63,161 nt of DNA, taken from positions 1 through 63,161 of the forward strand of contig PWJC01000052.1 in assembly GCA_003560165.1 (NCBI GenBank). Direction: 5' to 3'. Position 1 is the first letter of the stretch, and every line of letters begins with the position of its first letter. The position numbers and the translations under genes were made by a program. Source of the stretch: Bacteroidales bacterium (lineage in GTDB: Bacteria > Bacteroidota > Bacteroidia > Bacteroidales > UBA7960). The notes under the pieces were generated by a model. That model was not told where the DNA came from. It was given only the letters and a program-made list of their open reading frames with translations, and did no database searches. This document shows, piece by piece, positions 20,701-30,096 of this stretch.

Positions 20701-21061
20701 CAGCCTGCCCGACGAAAGCCGATTGCAACTTTTTGCGGGCAAACTGAGAGATCGTTTCGGCCCCATGCCCCCGGCAGTGTCTGGTTTGCTGCAGGCAGTC
20801 CGCTTCCGGTGGACGGCAGCCAGGGCAGGTTTTGAAAAGGTCATCCTGAAACGGGGGAAGATGATCGGGCAGCTTCCCGAAAGCGAAACAAGCGGGTATT
20901 ACCAGGGCGAGGAATTCGGCCGGCTGCTCCAGTATACCCTGCAGCATCCGGGGCAGTGTCAGATCAGGGACGCAGGCGGGCGCTTGGCGATGACTATCGA
21001 AGAGATCAGCGACATGGACAAAGCCATGGAAGTGATCACATTCCTTTCAGGATCTCATTGA
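17714..21061 (+). CDS. mfd: Transcription-repair coupling factor
   Basis: RGGIIDVF, YVTHIDHGIG, MDRLICGDVGFGKTEVA, DEEQKFG, TATPIPRTL, QMRGRVGR, RDLDIRGAGNLLG; TTG start. Confidence 0.97.
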   Translation: MKTEGFVQLFARGSTVKKLTAYLRAAPPATLSLQGLSGSAAPVMAAASLQAVSKPCLFILSDKETAAYFFNDLENLLGEKEKSYESRNSFFFPASLKKPFHPSAGPDKAGALLRSEVLTRLASEHKGSLVVTYPEALCEKVIPLRELKKQSLTLQRGDQLSVDFLMDILLEYGFEHVDFVVEPGQFSVRGGIIDVFSFSNDHPYRIEIMGQQAESLRSFNTETQLSLKMHERISILPDIGVMTADTPSMEFLLDSMPRNTLVWIEDTNWCLEVVGKAFEDGLAAEGGFASAGQLLEALKKRRVVEFRKAMLSKENGHTLTFNCSPQPNFNKQFEMLLQKLENNSAEGTRNVLLFDTPSQVNRIRSIFDSLLSTAGKRQELPYHAMLMTLHAGFTDHELGIACYTDHQIFDRYHRYRIRDKFPGKQALSIQSLYKLKPGDYVTHIDHGIGVFSGLEKIEVHGRLQEAIRLIYKNNDILYVSIHSLHRISKYSGREGAEPALHRLGSNAWNRLKSRTKKKVKDIAKDLIALYAKRRARKGHAFPPDNYLQHELEASFVYEDTPDQEKATTDVKKDMESPCPMDRLICGDVGFGKTEVAIRAAFKAVCDSRQVAVLVPTTILALQHYYTFKERLRDFPCKVDYVSRFRSVRDRKAALAGASGGSVDILIGTHRLLGKDVRFKDLGLLIVDEEQKFGVTSKEKLKQLRVDVDTLTLTATPIPRTLQFSLMGARDLSYINTPPPNRYPIITELHSFNEDLIRDAIVNEVSRGGQVFFVHNRVQNIREVAAIVGRVCPGTRIAIGHGQLEGNTLEKVMVDFVNGEYDVLVSTTIIESGLDIPNANTIIINNAHHFGLSDLHQMRGRVGRTNRKAYCYLLSPPMSTLTDEARKRLRAIEEFSELGSGFNIAMRDLDIRGAGNLLGAEQSGFISEVGLDTYHKILDEAVQELKDTEFRDLFADKAPAPEKGRKECQLETDLELMIPSDYVTNTEERLQLYKELDSLPDESRLQLFAGKLRDRFGPMPPAVSGLLQAVRFRWTAARAGFEKVILKRGKMIGQLPESETSGYYQGEEFGRLLQYTLQHPGQCQIRDAGGRLAMTIEEISDMDKAMEVITFLSGSH

Positions 21062-22430
21062 TGTCCCGGCCAATCTTGCCGGCCAGGTGGTCGGCCCTGC
21101 TCTGGCTGTCGCTTTCGGCATACAGCCGGATAATGGCTTCGGTATTGGAGGGCCTGATATGGACCCAGTCTTCTGCAAACCATATCTTGAGCCCGTCGGT
21201 ACGGTCGGAGGGAAACCCGGAGTAACGCCTGCCCAGGGCCTCAATCATGTCGGCAAGGTCGGCATTGGCAGGCAGCCGGATCTTGTTCTTGGACAGGTGG
21301 TCGCGGGGGTATTTATTTCTGAGGCGGCTGCAGGATAGCCCGCTTTTTGCCAGGTGGGTAAGGAAAAGGGCAATGCCCACCAGGGCATCACGGCCATAAT
21401 GCAGAGTGGGGTAAATGACCCCTCCGTTGCCTTCGCCGCCAATGACGGCCTTTTGCCGTTTCATGACCTCCACCACATTCACCTCCCCCACTGCCGAATA
21501 GCTGTGTTTTCCTCCGTGAGCCCGGCTTACCCCTGCCAGGGCGCGGGTCGATGAGAGGTTGCTGACCGTATTCCCTGGTGTATGCGACAATACATAATCT
21601 GCCACGGCCACCAGGGTGTATTCCTCTCCGAACATTTCTCCGTCCTCGCACACAATGGCCAGCCTGTCCACATCCGGATCAACGGCCAGGCCAAGATGTG
21701 CGTTTCCATTCACTACCACTTCCGACAACTGCTGCAGGTTTTCTGGCAGGGGCTCGGGATCGTGCCGAAACAAACCATCGGGTTCGCAATGCAGTGGCAG
21801 GATGCTGCTCACTCCGAGGGCATCCAGCAAACAGGGCACCGCCACCCCGCCCGAAGAATTGATCCCGTCGACGGCAACGGCAAAGCCGGCCGAACGGATG
21901 GCGTCGGCATCCACCAGGGGGAGTTCCAGTATCCGCTCAATGTGCAGCGACAGCAAGCCGTCATCGGAAGTGTATTTGCCAAAGTTGGCGGCAGTCTCGA
22001 ATTCGAGCCGGCCCGGATCCATCCACTGCTGCATCTGCTTCCCCTGTGCAGCCGTCATAAACTCCCCCAGTTCGTTCAACAGCTTCAGGGCATTCCAGTT
22101 AGCCGGATTGTGACTGGCTGTGATGATCACCCCACCCTGGGCCTTGCGTTCGATAACGCCCATTTCGACCGTGGGGGTGGTCGAAAGGCCAGCGTCGATC
22201 ACGTCGATGCCAAGGGCCCTCAGACCGCCCGAAACGATCTGGCTGATCAGGGGGCCGGAAACCCGGCCGTCGCGCCCGATAACCACCTTGCTCTGCTGCT
22301 CCCGGTTGCGGTCTTTCAACCACATGCCATAGGCGGTGGCAAAGGCGAGGATGTCTACCGGCGAAAGCCCTTCGCCGGGGCGCCCACCCAGTGTGCCGCG
22401 GATACCCGATATGGACTGTATCAATGTCAT
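21036..22430 (-). CDS. glmM: Phosphoglucosamine mutase / phosphohexomutase
   Basis: MTLIQSISGIRG, GRDGR, TASHNP phosphoserine loop, DPDVDR metal loop, GGEGNGG, RPSNTE; 26-nt convergent overlap with mfd. Confidence 0.85.
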   Translation of the reverse strand: MTLIQSISGIRGTLGGRPGEGLSPVDILAFATAYGMWLKDRNREQQSKVVIGRDGRVSGPLISQIVSGGLRALGIDVIDAGLSTTPTVEMGVIERKAQGGVIITASHNPANWNALKLLNELGEFMTAAQGKQMQQWMDPGRLEFETAANFGKYTSDDGLLSLHIERILELPLVDADAIRSAGFAVAVDGINSSGGVAVPCLLDALGVSSILPLHCEPDGLFRHDPEPLPENLQQLSEVVVNGNAHLGLAVDPDVDRLAIVCEDGEMFGEEYTLVAVADYVLSHTPGNTVSNLSSTRALAGVSRAHGGKHSYSAVGEVNVVEVMKRQKAVIGGEGNGGVIYPTLHYGRDALVGIALFLTHLAKSGLSCSRLRNKYPRDHLSKNKIRLPANADLADMIEALGRRYSGFPSDRTDGLKIWFAEDWVHIRPSNTEAIIRLYAESDSQSRADHLAGKIGRDINEILKGM

Positions 22431-22465
22431 TCCCGGTTGTTTTTTTTTGTTCGCTGTCAGGGATC

Positions 22466-22525
22466 CAAAGTTAATGGAAAACAGGCGATCATTCACCCTG
22501 AAATCATCAGGATTGACTAAATTTG
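22466..22525. promoter_or_regulatory. Back-to-back -7 promoter motifs for glmM and tamL
   Basis: TAACTTTG on minus (22466-22473) and TAAATTTG on plus (22518-22525). Confidence 0.6.
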
Positions 22526-22552
22526 CAAATCATAAAGCAAACCAATAAATCG

Positions 22553-24892
22553 GTGAGGCAGGCATTTGGGTATTGTTTGGGTTTTCTGGGGCTGATGGCC
22601 TTGTTGCCGGCGTGCGCACCCACTCGCAACATCACCGGGGAGGAGTATCTGCTCAGCCGCAACCGCATTGTTGTCGAAGGGGCCGGACCGGGCCCTCATC
22701 AGCTTCGTTCGTATATCAGGCAGCAGCCAAACCGCCGCATCCTCGGTTTTTACCGGTTCCACCTGAATGTGTATCAGCTCGCAGGCGAAAATCCGCAGCG
22801 GGGGTTTTCCCGGTGGCTGAAAAATACCATCGGCGAGCCCCCGGTCATACTGGAACGCGCCCTGCTGGAACAATCTGAGCGACAACTGTTGCTTTACATG
22901 CAAAACAAGGGCTACTTCAATGCCAATGTAGACCACCACATACATACCCGGGGCAAAAGGGCCAGGGTAACCTATACGGTTACCGGCAACACCCCGTACA
23001 CCATCCGTTGTATCGAATACCTCATTGGCGACGACCATCTGGCCGGCTTTGTGTATGCAGACACCGTCAATTCGCTGTTCGGCCGCGGACAGCGCTACGA
23101 TGCAGACCTGCTTCAGCAGGAGAGGCAACGCCTTGGCCGGCATTTGCGGGATCAGGGGTTTTTCGCCTTCTCACGCGACCAGATATTTTTCCGGGTCGAC
23201 AGCACCCTGAGCAGTCGCCAGGTCGACCTGGAAGTCGTTGTCGGCAATCCGGCCGAGGGCCCGTCAGCTGAAGGCGGTCAAAAAGGGCCGGCCCTGCACC
23301 GCCGATACAAGATCAGCAACATCTACGTGATCCCTTCCTACTCGAGGCTGTTGCCGGAACCTGTTTTTCCCGACACCACCCATTACCTTGCAGGGAATGG
23401 GGAGAACGGTCCCGTCTATACCTTTTTGCACAACGGCCCCTTACGTATCAGGCCGAAGACCCTTGCCAACAACATCCTGCTTGAGCAGGGGAGGTATTTC
23501 AGCCTCACCGACCTGGAACAAACCCATAATTACCTGGCGGGGCTGCGGAACTTCCGGTTTGTCAACGTTCAGTTCAGTGAAACACCCGGCATCCCTGCGC
23601 CTGAAGATGCACCCATCGCCCACCTGGATGCCCGGGTGGAGCTGACCAGGGCTCCTTCCAATGCCTTTACTATTGAGGCCGAAGGCTTGAATTCGTCGGG
23701 GATGCTGGGGGTGGGCGGGAACCTGTTGTTTCAGAACAGGAACCTGTTCAGGGGCGCCGAAATACTGAATATCCGCTTTTTGGGCGCCCTGGAGGTATCG
23801 GGCGCAGATCAGGATGTGTTCCAACGCCTTCCGTTCAATACCGTGGAAGTGGGTGCAGAAGTCTCGATCGATTTTCCCAAGCTGCTCTTCCCGGTGCCCA
23901 TGGAAAGGCTCTCGCGCACGGCCCGGCCAAAAAGCACCTTATTGGCCGGGATCAATTACAGGCAGCGACCCGACTACACGCGCTATATCCTCAACATGAG
24001 CTATGGCTTTCAGTGGAGCCAGGACAGCAGGCAACGGCATCAGCTGACCCCTTTGGAGATCAGTTCGATCAAGATCCTGAACGACTCCGTATTACAGTCC
24101 AGGATACCGGATGCCAATCCGCTTATCCTGAGCAGGTACAAAGACCACCTGATCGGCGGTATGAAGTATAGCTATTTGTATAGTTCACAGCATCTGGGCA
24201 GGCTGCAGGACTTTGTGTATTTCAGGGGCAACTTCGAAACGGCCGGGAACCTGCTTTACCTTGGTGCCGCGATCCTCAATGCCCCGGGCGGTGAAAACCA
24301 GGCCCGCACCCTGATGGGGATCCCCTATGCACAGTTTGTCAGAGCCGACGCAGACATCCGTTACTATCGTGTGTTTGACAAAGACAACAGCCTGGTGTTC
24401 CGCCTGATGGGAGGAGCAGGGATTCCGTACGGCAACCTGGATGTCATGCCCTTTGTGAAAAGTTTCTATGGCGGGGGTGCCAATGGGGTGAGGGCATGGA
24501 GCATTTACAATCTGGGGCCCGGCGGATATCTCGATGCAGAAGCCCTGCGCTTTGATAAATACGGAGATATTAAACTGGAAGCCAATATAGAATACCGTTT
24601 CCCGGTTTACCGTTACTGGAAGGGGGCTTTCTTTGCCGATGCGGGCAATGTGTGGTTTCTGCAGGAAAACGAACAATTTCCCCGCGGAGAGTTCTCTCCC
24701 CAGCGCTTCTACAAGGAGATCGCCATAGGCCTGGGTGCAGGCATTCGCCTCGACTTCGACTTTTTCCTGGTCAGGCTCGACGCGGCATTTCCTGCCAGGA
24801 ACCCGGGCAGTCCTTCCGGACAACGATGGATACAGCAATGGCCGGCCTTCAGCCAGTGGAACCTCAACCTGGGGATCGGCTATCCGTTCTGA
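22553..24892 (+). CDS. tamL: BamA/TamA (Omp85) family outer-membrane lipoprotein, TamL-like
   Basis: Lipobox LLPAC, YIRQQPN, IGEPPV, POTRA-like NKGYF, FYGGGANGVRAW, DAGNVW, C-terminal IGYPF; GTG at 22553 preferred because the TTG at 22523 lies inside the promoter motif. Confidence 0.82.
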   Translation: MRQAFGYCLGFLGLMALLPACAPTRNITGEEYLLSRNRIVVEGAGPGPHQLRSYIRQQPNRRILGFYRFHLNVYQLAGENPQRGFSRWLKNTIGEPPVILERALLEQSERQLLLYMQNKGYFNANVDHHIHTRGKRARVTYTVTGNTPYTIRCIEYLIGDDHLAGFVYADTVNSLFGRGQRYDADLLQQERQRLGRHLRDQGFFAFSRDQIFFRVDSTLSSRQVDLEVVVGNPAEGPSAEGGQKGPALHRRYKISNIYVIPSYSRLLPEPVFPDTTHYLAGNGENGPVYTFLHNGPLRIRPKTLANNILLEQGRYFSLTDLEQTHNYLAGLRNFRFVNVQFSETPGIPAPEDAPIAHLDARVELTRAPSNAFTIEAEGLNSSGMLGVGGNLLFQNRNLFRGAEILNIRFLGALEVSGADQDVFQRLPFNTVEVGAEVSIDFPKLLFPVPMERLSRTARPKSTLLAGINYRQRPDYTRYILNMSYGFQWSQDSRQRHQLTPLEISSIKILNDSVLQSRIPDANPLILSRYKDHLIGGMKYSYLYSSQHLGRLQDFVYFRGNFETAGNLLYLGAAILNAPGGENQARTLMGIPYAQFVRADADIRYYRVFDKDNSLVFRLMGGAGIPYGNLDVMPFVKSFYGGGANGVRAWSIYNLGPGGYLDAEALRFDKYGDIKLEANIEYRFPVYRYWKGAFFADAGNVWFLQENEQFPRGEFSPQRFYKEIAIGLGAGIRLDFDFFLVRLDAAFPARNPGSPSGQRWIQQWPAFSQWNLNLGIGYPF

Positions 24893-24898
24893 CCGCCT

Positions 24899-26335
24899 AT
24901 GGACCAAACCCAGATCTGTGAAGCCATTACAGCAGAATTTCCCTACCGGCCAACAGAAGACCAGTCGGAGCTGATTGGCCGGCTGGCCGGGTTTATTTCG
25001 GGAAGTAACCCGACCCCGCTCTTTGTGCTCAAGGGGTATGCGGGTACCGGTAAAACCACCATCGTCAGCAGCCTGGTGAAGCTGCTGCCCCGTTTGCAGA
25101 TGGACAGTGTTTTGCTGGCCCCCACCGGGAGGGCGGCCAAGGTGCTTGCCTCCTATTCGGGCAAAACGGCCCTGACCATCCACAAAAAGATCTACCGACT
25201 GCAAACGGCTGCCGATGGCACCCTGGGTGTTGGTTTGCAGCTCAACAAACACCGGGATACCGTCTTTATTGTGGACGAAGCCTCCATGATACCCGGGAAC
25301 AGGATTGCCGCCAACGACAGCCTTTTCGGCGGCAGCAACCTGCTCGACGACCTGTTCCGCTTTGTTTACAACCACAAAAACTGCCGGATGATCCTTATCG
25401 GCGACACCGCACAGCTGCCTCCGGTGCAGTCGCCTGAAAGCCCTGCCCTGAATACGGGCTTCCTGCAAGACCACTACGGCCTGAAAGCTGCCGGCCACGA
25501 ACTGACCGAAGTGGTCAGGCAGTCTAAGCACAGCGGCATCCTCTACAACGCCACCCTGCTCAGAAGGCAGCTGCTGACAGGACAAGCCGGGTTCCCGGGC
25601 TTCCGGACAAAAGATTTCCCAGACATGATCAGAACAAGGGGGGCCGAGGCCGCTGATGAGGTAGACAATGCCTTTGTCAGCCAGGGGAAGGAAGAGGCCC
25701 TGATGATATGCCGCTCAAACAACCGGGCCAGGCTGTACAACCAGCATATCCGCCAGCGGGTACTCTTCATGGAAGAAGAGGTCAATGCCGGCGATTTGCT
25801 GATGGTGGTCAGGAACAATTATTTCTGGCTTCCCCAAAACTCCGAAGCAGGCTTTATCGCCAACGGCGACATCATGGAGTTGAAGCGCATACGCAGGCTG
25901 GAGAACCTGCATGGTTTTCGTTTTGCCGATGTCACGGCCCGGCTGACAGACTATCCGGACGAAGCGGATGTGGAGGCAAAGATCCTGCTCGACACACTGG
26001 ATACCAACACCCCTGCCCTGCCGCCGGCCGACCGCAAACGGCTGTACGAAGCAGTTTCGGCCGACTATCAGGACATCCCGAACAAACGAAGCCGGTTGGC
26101 CAAAATAAAGAAAGACCCTTACCTGAATGCCTTACAGGTCAAATTTGCCTATGCCATGACCTGCCATAAGGCCCAGGGCGGGCAATGGAAACATGTATTT
26201 ATCGAAATGGGCTACCTGCCGGGCAATGAACCCGACACCGGATACCTTCGCTGGCTGTATACCGCATTGACCCGGGCTACTTCAAAGGTTTACCTGCTGA
26301 ACTTCAGCGAGGAGTTTTTTATCGACAACGATTAA
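24899..26335 (+). CDS. SF1B ATP-dependent helicase, RecD-like
   Basis: Walker A GYAGTGKT, APTGRAA, DEASM, GDTAQLPPV, YAMTCHKAQG, YTALTRA. Confidence 0.88.
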   Translation: MDQTQICEAITAEFPYRPTEDQSELIGRLAGFISGSNPTPLFVLKGYAGTGKTTIVSSLVKLLPRLQMDSVLLAPTGRAAKVLASYSGKTALTIHKKIYRLQTAADGTLGVGLQLNKHRDTVFIVDEASMIPGNRIAANDSLFGGSNLLDDLFRFVYNHKNCRMILIGDTAQLPPVQSPESPALNTGFLQDHYGLKAAGHELTEVVRQSKHSGILYNATLLRRQLLTGQAGFPGFRTKDFPDMIRTRGAEAADEVDNAFVSQGKEEALMICRSNNRARLYNQHIRQRVLFMEEEVNAGDLLMVVRNNYFWLPQNSEAGFIANGDIMELKRIRRLENLHGFRFADVTARLTDYPDEADVEAKILLDTLDTNTPALPPADRKRLYEAVSADYQDIPNKRSRLAKIKKDPYLNALQVKFAYAMTCHKAQGGQWKHVFIEMGYLPGNEPDTGYLRWLYTALTRATSKVYLLNFSEEFFIDND

Positions 26336-26348
26336 TGGACACACCCCC

Positions 26349-28055
26349 ATGCAAAAGGAGAAAATAAGGATCTACCAGTTACTGCCGAGGCTGGCAGGGA
26401 ATACCACTGAGGGCTGTGTCCTCTACGGAACCATCGGACAGAACGGATGCGGAAAGTTCAATGACCTTTCCGTCCACTTCCTGAGAGAGATCAGAAAGTT
26501 GGGGATCAGCCATATATGGCTCACAGGAGTAATCGCTCACGGCAGTGTCACCTCCTGGGCCCACCACGGCATCCCCGACAGCAACCCCCGGTTGATTAAA
26601 GGCAGGGCCGGTTCTCCTTACGCCATCAGGGATTATTACGACGTGGCCCCCGATCTGGCCGAAAACCCCGGGCAGCGAATGGCCGGATTCGAAGAACTGA
26701 TCGATCGCTGCCACGAGGCCGGGCTGCATCCGCTGATCGATTTCGTACCAAACCATTTGGCCCGTCAGTACGAGAGTATCAGCTCCCGGGGGGTAAAACA
26801 TCAGCTGGGCGACAAGGACGACCCCGACAAGGCATTTGACCCGGGAAACAACTTTTATTACCTTCCGGGCAAGGCCCTTGAACTCCCTCCCGGGCTAAAC
26901 CACCTGCCCTACGTAAAAGAAACCACTACCCCACCCTATCATGAACTGCCTGCCAGGGTCACCGGCAACGATTGTTTCAGCCATGCCCCCGGATTCGACG
27001 ACTGGTACGAAACGGTGAAACTGAATTATGGAGTGGCGCCTCCGCCGGAAGGCGGGCAGCATTTCGACCCCATTCCCGACACCTGGAACAAAATGCTCGA
27101 CATCCTGCTGTTCTGGTCAGAAAAAAAAGTGAGCGGTTTTCGTTGTGATATGGCCGGCATGGTTCCTGTCGATTTCTGGCAATGGGCCATCGGAAAGGTG
27201 AAGGCAGCCCATCCCCACATGATCTTTATTGCTGAGATCTATGAACCCGCCACCTATGGAGCATACAAGACGGCGGGCTTCGACTTTCTCTACGACAAAG
27301 CCGGGCTTTACGACACCACCCGTGCCGTGCTGGCCGGGCTCCAGCCTGCTTCCAGCCTCAGCAGCGTATGGCAGTCGCTCAACGGCCTGGACGCATTCAT
27401 GCTGAGGTTCATGGAAAACCACGACGAACAACGCATTGCCTCGGCATATTTTGGCCAAGGGCCCGAGGCAGGCATTCCGGCCATGACGGTTGCGGCCACC
27501 CTGCACCAGGGCCCGGTGATGATCTACTTCGGACAGGAACTCGGAGAAAAGGCCGAAGGAGCGGCAGGTTTCAGCGGAGACGACGGCCGTACCAGCATCT
27601 TCGATTACTGCATTGTACCCACCTTTCAGCGGTGGTTCAACAACGGAGGCTGTAACTTGCAGAGGCTGGACCCAGGGGAGAAAAAGCTCAGGGCGTTTTA
27701 CCAGAAGCTACTGGAGCTGTGCGCCCACCCGGTAGTGGTCAGTGGCGAATTCTACGATCTGATGTACGCCATCCCCGCTCACCTCCACCAATCGCTCTAT
27801 GCCTATCTCAGGTGGGACAAGAACAACATCTGGCTGGTGGCTGCCAATTTCAGTTACGAGAAGGAGCTGGAAGCCGACATCGCCATCCCCCCCCATTTTT
27901 GGCAGCTCTGCGGGCGCAAACCTCTGCCCGGGCAGGGCATCCGGGTGATGATGAATGAAGGGAGCGGCCATTCAGACAAGCCGGTCAGGACAGGGGAAGG
28001 GGGCATCCGGCTGTACGCCGGGCCGCTGTCGGCACAGATTATCCGGATCCTTTGA
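26349..28055 (+). CDS. Alpha-amylase family glycoside hydrolase (GH13), no signal peptide
   Basis: GSPYAIRDYY, DFVPNH, GFRCDMA (nucleophile), AEIY (acid/base), ENHDE. Confidence 0.9.
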   Translation: MQKEKIRIYQLLPRLAGNTTEGCVLYGTIGQNGCGKFNDLSVHFLREIRKLGISHIWLTGVIAHGSVTSWAHHGIPDSNPRLIKGRAGSPYAIRDYYDVAPDLAENPGQRMAGFEELIDRCHEAGLHPLIDFVPNHLARQYESISSRGVKHQLGDKDDPDKAFDPGNNFYYLPGKALELPPGLNHLPYVKETTTPPYHELPARVTGNDCFSHAPGFDDWYETVKLNYGVAPPPEGGQHFDPIPDTWNKMLDILLFWSEKKVSGFRCDMAGMVPVDFWQWAIGKVKAAHPHMIFIAEIYEPATYGAYKTAGFDFLYDKAGLYDTTRAVLAGLQPASSLSSVWQSLNGLDAFMLRFMENHDEQRIASAYFGQGPEAGIPAMTVAATLHQGPVMIYFGQELGEKAEGAAGFSGDDGRTSIFDYCIVPTFQRWFNNGGCNLQRLDPGEKKLRAFYQKLLELCAHPVVVSGEFYDLMYAIPAHLHQSLYAYLRWDKNNIWLVAANFSYEKELEADIAIPPHFWQLCGRKPLPGQGIRVMMNEGSGHSDKPVRTGEGGIRLYAGPLSAQIIRIL

Positions 28056-28121
28056 GCTCCCACAGGGCGGTTGATTAGGATTTTTTGGCGAAAAAAAATA
28101 GGCAATTTTTCTATTTATGCT

Positions 28122-28129
28122 TATTTTTG
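28122..28129 (+). promoter_or_regulatory. Bacteroidota -7 promoter motif
   Basis: TATTTTTG upstream of the ATG at 28168. Confidence 0.5.
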
Positions 28130-28167
28130 TTCGTTGTAAAATGTTCACCCAAAACCCAAACAAAAAC

Positions 28168-28779
28168 ATGTTCAATTTCTTAAAATCATCCGCAAGTGAG
28201 GCTTCCACCCCTTTTATGGTGTTTTTCATTGCCATTGCATTCTTACTGGGTCTTCCCCTGTCAGCAGCGGCACAGGAAGTAAGGGAAGAGGAAGAAGACC
28301 CATGGGCCGATGTTGAGTTTGCCTTTGAAGATGAGCAACTGCTTGCGTTCTTTGATGTCAACCAGGAGATCAGTGCACTGCAACGCCAGACCCAGGAGCA
28401 AATCGTGGCGACTGTGGAGCAGGCCGGGCTTACCCACGAACGTTTCCAGCAAATCCACCGTGCCGCGCAGATCGGCGGCTTGCAGGGCGGAGCTTTTTCT
28501 GCCGAAGAGATCGAGATTTTCAATGCAGTGGCACCCCGTGTAACCGCTATCCAGAGAGATATGCAGGGCAGTATGCAGGAGCTGGTAATGAATTATGACC
28601 TGAGTATGGAGCAGTACCGCGACATCCTTACCGAATTCCGCCAGGACACCCAATTGCAGGAATATGTGACCCACCTGGCGCGCGAAAGGGCCATTGAAAA
28701 AATACGCGAGGAAAGAAGGCGGGAAGCCGAACAGGAGTTGCAACAGCAGCAGCAGGAGCCCCCGCAGAACGGGCAGTAA
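28168..28779 (+). CDS. Exported acidic helical protein, DUF4168-like
   Basis: Signal peptide ending AAAQ; two internal repeats (DEQLLAF...GLTHERFQQI and AEEIEIF...DLSMEQYRDI); Gln-rich tail; start uncertain. Confidence 0.65.
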   Translation: MFNFLKSSASEASTPFMVFFIAIAFLLGLPLSAAAQEVREEEEDPWADVEFAFEDEQLLAFFDVNQEISALQRQTQEQIVATVEQAGLTHERFQQIHRAAQIGGLQGGAFSAEEIEIFNAVAPRVTAIQRDMQGSMQELVMNYDLSMEQYRDILTEFRQDTQLQEYVTHLARERAIEKIREERRREAEQELQQQQQEPPQNGQ

Positions 28780-28797
28780 TCAGACACCCCGGCCTGT

Positions 28798-30096
28798 TCA
28801 GATCACTTCGGACACCACAAAGGTGCTGCCGCCCACAAAGATCAGATCATCGGCCGAGGCATCGTTTTTTGCCGCCTCAAGCGCCATTTGAACCGAATCA
28901 TAGGCCTTCCCCCGAAGGCCCCGGAAGCTGGCATCCGATGCCAGCTTCCTTGCATTCAGCCCCCTGGGGACAGCCGGCCGGCAAAAATAATAGTCCGCCT
29001 CAGGCGGCAACAGACCCAGGATGGAATCCCTTTCCTTGTCTTCTACCATGCCCATCACCATCAGCAAACTTTTATGGGGCACCGACAATAGCTGCTTGCA
29101 TACTTGCCTGATCGCATCGGCATTGTGCGCGGTATCGCACAAAATAAGGGGGTTTCTTCCCATCACTTCCCACCTGCCCCTAAGGCCGGTATTGGCCCTC
29201 ACAGCAGACAGCCCCCCGGCGATGGCCCTTGCAGAAACCCTGAACCGGTCGCCATGGGCCAGTGCTTCAAAAGCTGCCAGGGCGGTCAGCAGGTTTTCCT
29301 GCTGGTAGTGGCCGGGCAGATCGAGGAAATACTCACAACTGCCGCCCCCCTTTTGCCTTACCCCGGCAACAAGGCCCGGAATGCCGTGCCTGATTGTTTC
29401 AGAAACGCTGACAAGCTCAAAAACATCAGTGGCCACCTGCAGGGTTGCACCCTGGCGACGTGCCGTCTGTTCAAAGATCCCGTGTATGTCGGGCTGCCTC
29501 CTTCCGACCACTACCCCAACCCCTTCCTTGATGATGCCGGCCTTTTCGGCGGCGATCCCAGCCAGGGTGTTGCCCAGCAATTGGGTGTGGTCAAGCCCGA
29601 TATTGGTAATGACCGAGAGTTCGGGGGTGATGATGTTGGTTGAATCGAGTCGTCCGCCAAGCCCGGTTTCGACCACCGCAATATCCACGCCCCGATCGGC
29701 AAAATAGGCAAAGGTCATGGCCATGGCCATTTCGAAAAACGAAGGGCGCAGGGTGTCGAAAAAAGCCTTGTGTTTGACTGCAAACCGGCTGACATAATTT
29801 TTGGGGATCAGCCTTCCGTTGATGCGGATCCTTTCACGGAAATCCTTCAGGTGGGGAGAGGTGGCCAGGCCGGTGGCATACCCTTGCGACTGCAGCACCG
29901 AAGCCATCATATGGGCAACCGACCCCTTCCCGTTGGTGCCGGCAATGTGAATGCTGCGAAATGACTTCTCGGGGTGGCCCAGATAACGGCTGATTGCCAG
30001 GGTGTTGCTCAGATCGGCCTTGTAGGCAGCCGGCCCGAGACGCTGATACATGGGTAGCTGAGCAAACAGGTAATCGAGCGTTTGCTGATAGGTCAT
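28798..30096 (-). CDS. folC: Bifunctional folylpolyglutamate synthase / dihydrofolate synthase
   Basis: IHIAGTNGKGS, TSPHLKDFRERI, ETGLGGRLDSTN, IGLDH, EKAGIIK, GRWE, DTAHN. Confidence 0.96.
   Translation of the reverse strand: MTYQQTLDYLFAQLPMYQRLGPAAYKADLSNTLAISRYLGHPEKSFRSIHIAGTNGKGSVAHMMASVLQSQGYATGLATSPHLKDFRERIRINGRLIPKNYVSRFAVKHKAFFDTLRPSFFEMAMAMTFAYFADRGVDIAVVETGLGGRLDSTNIITPELSVITNIGLDHTQLLGNTLAGIAAEKAGIIKEGVGVVVGRRQPDIHGIFEQTARRQGATLQVATDVFELVSVSETIRHGIPGLVAGVRQKGGGSCEYFLDLPGHYQQENLLTALAAFEALAHGDRFRVSARAIAGGLSAVRANTGLRGRWEVMGRNPLILCDTAHNADAIRQVCKQLLSVPHKSLLMVMGMVEDKERDSILGLLPPEADYYFCRPAVPRGLNARKLASDASFRGLRGKAYDSVQMALEAAKNDASADDLIFVGGSTFVVSEVI

Noticed and set aside
24899-26335. RecD-like helicase as a defence system component
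   Set aside because: It is a stand-alone gene among housekeeping genes with no partner nuclease or other defence gene nearby.
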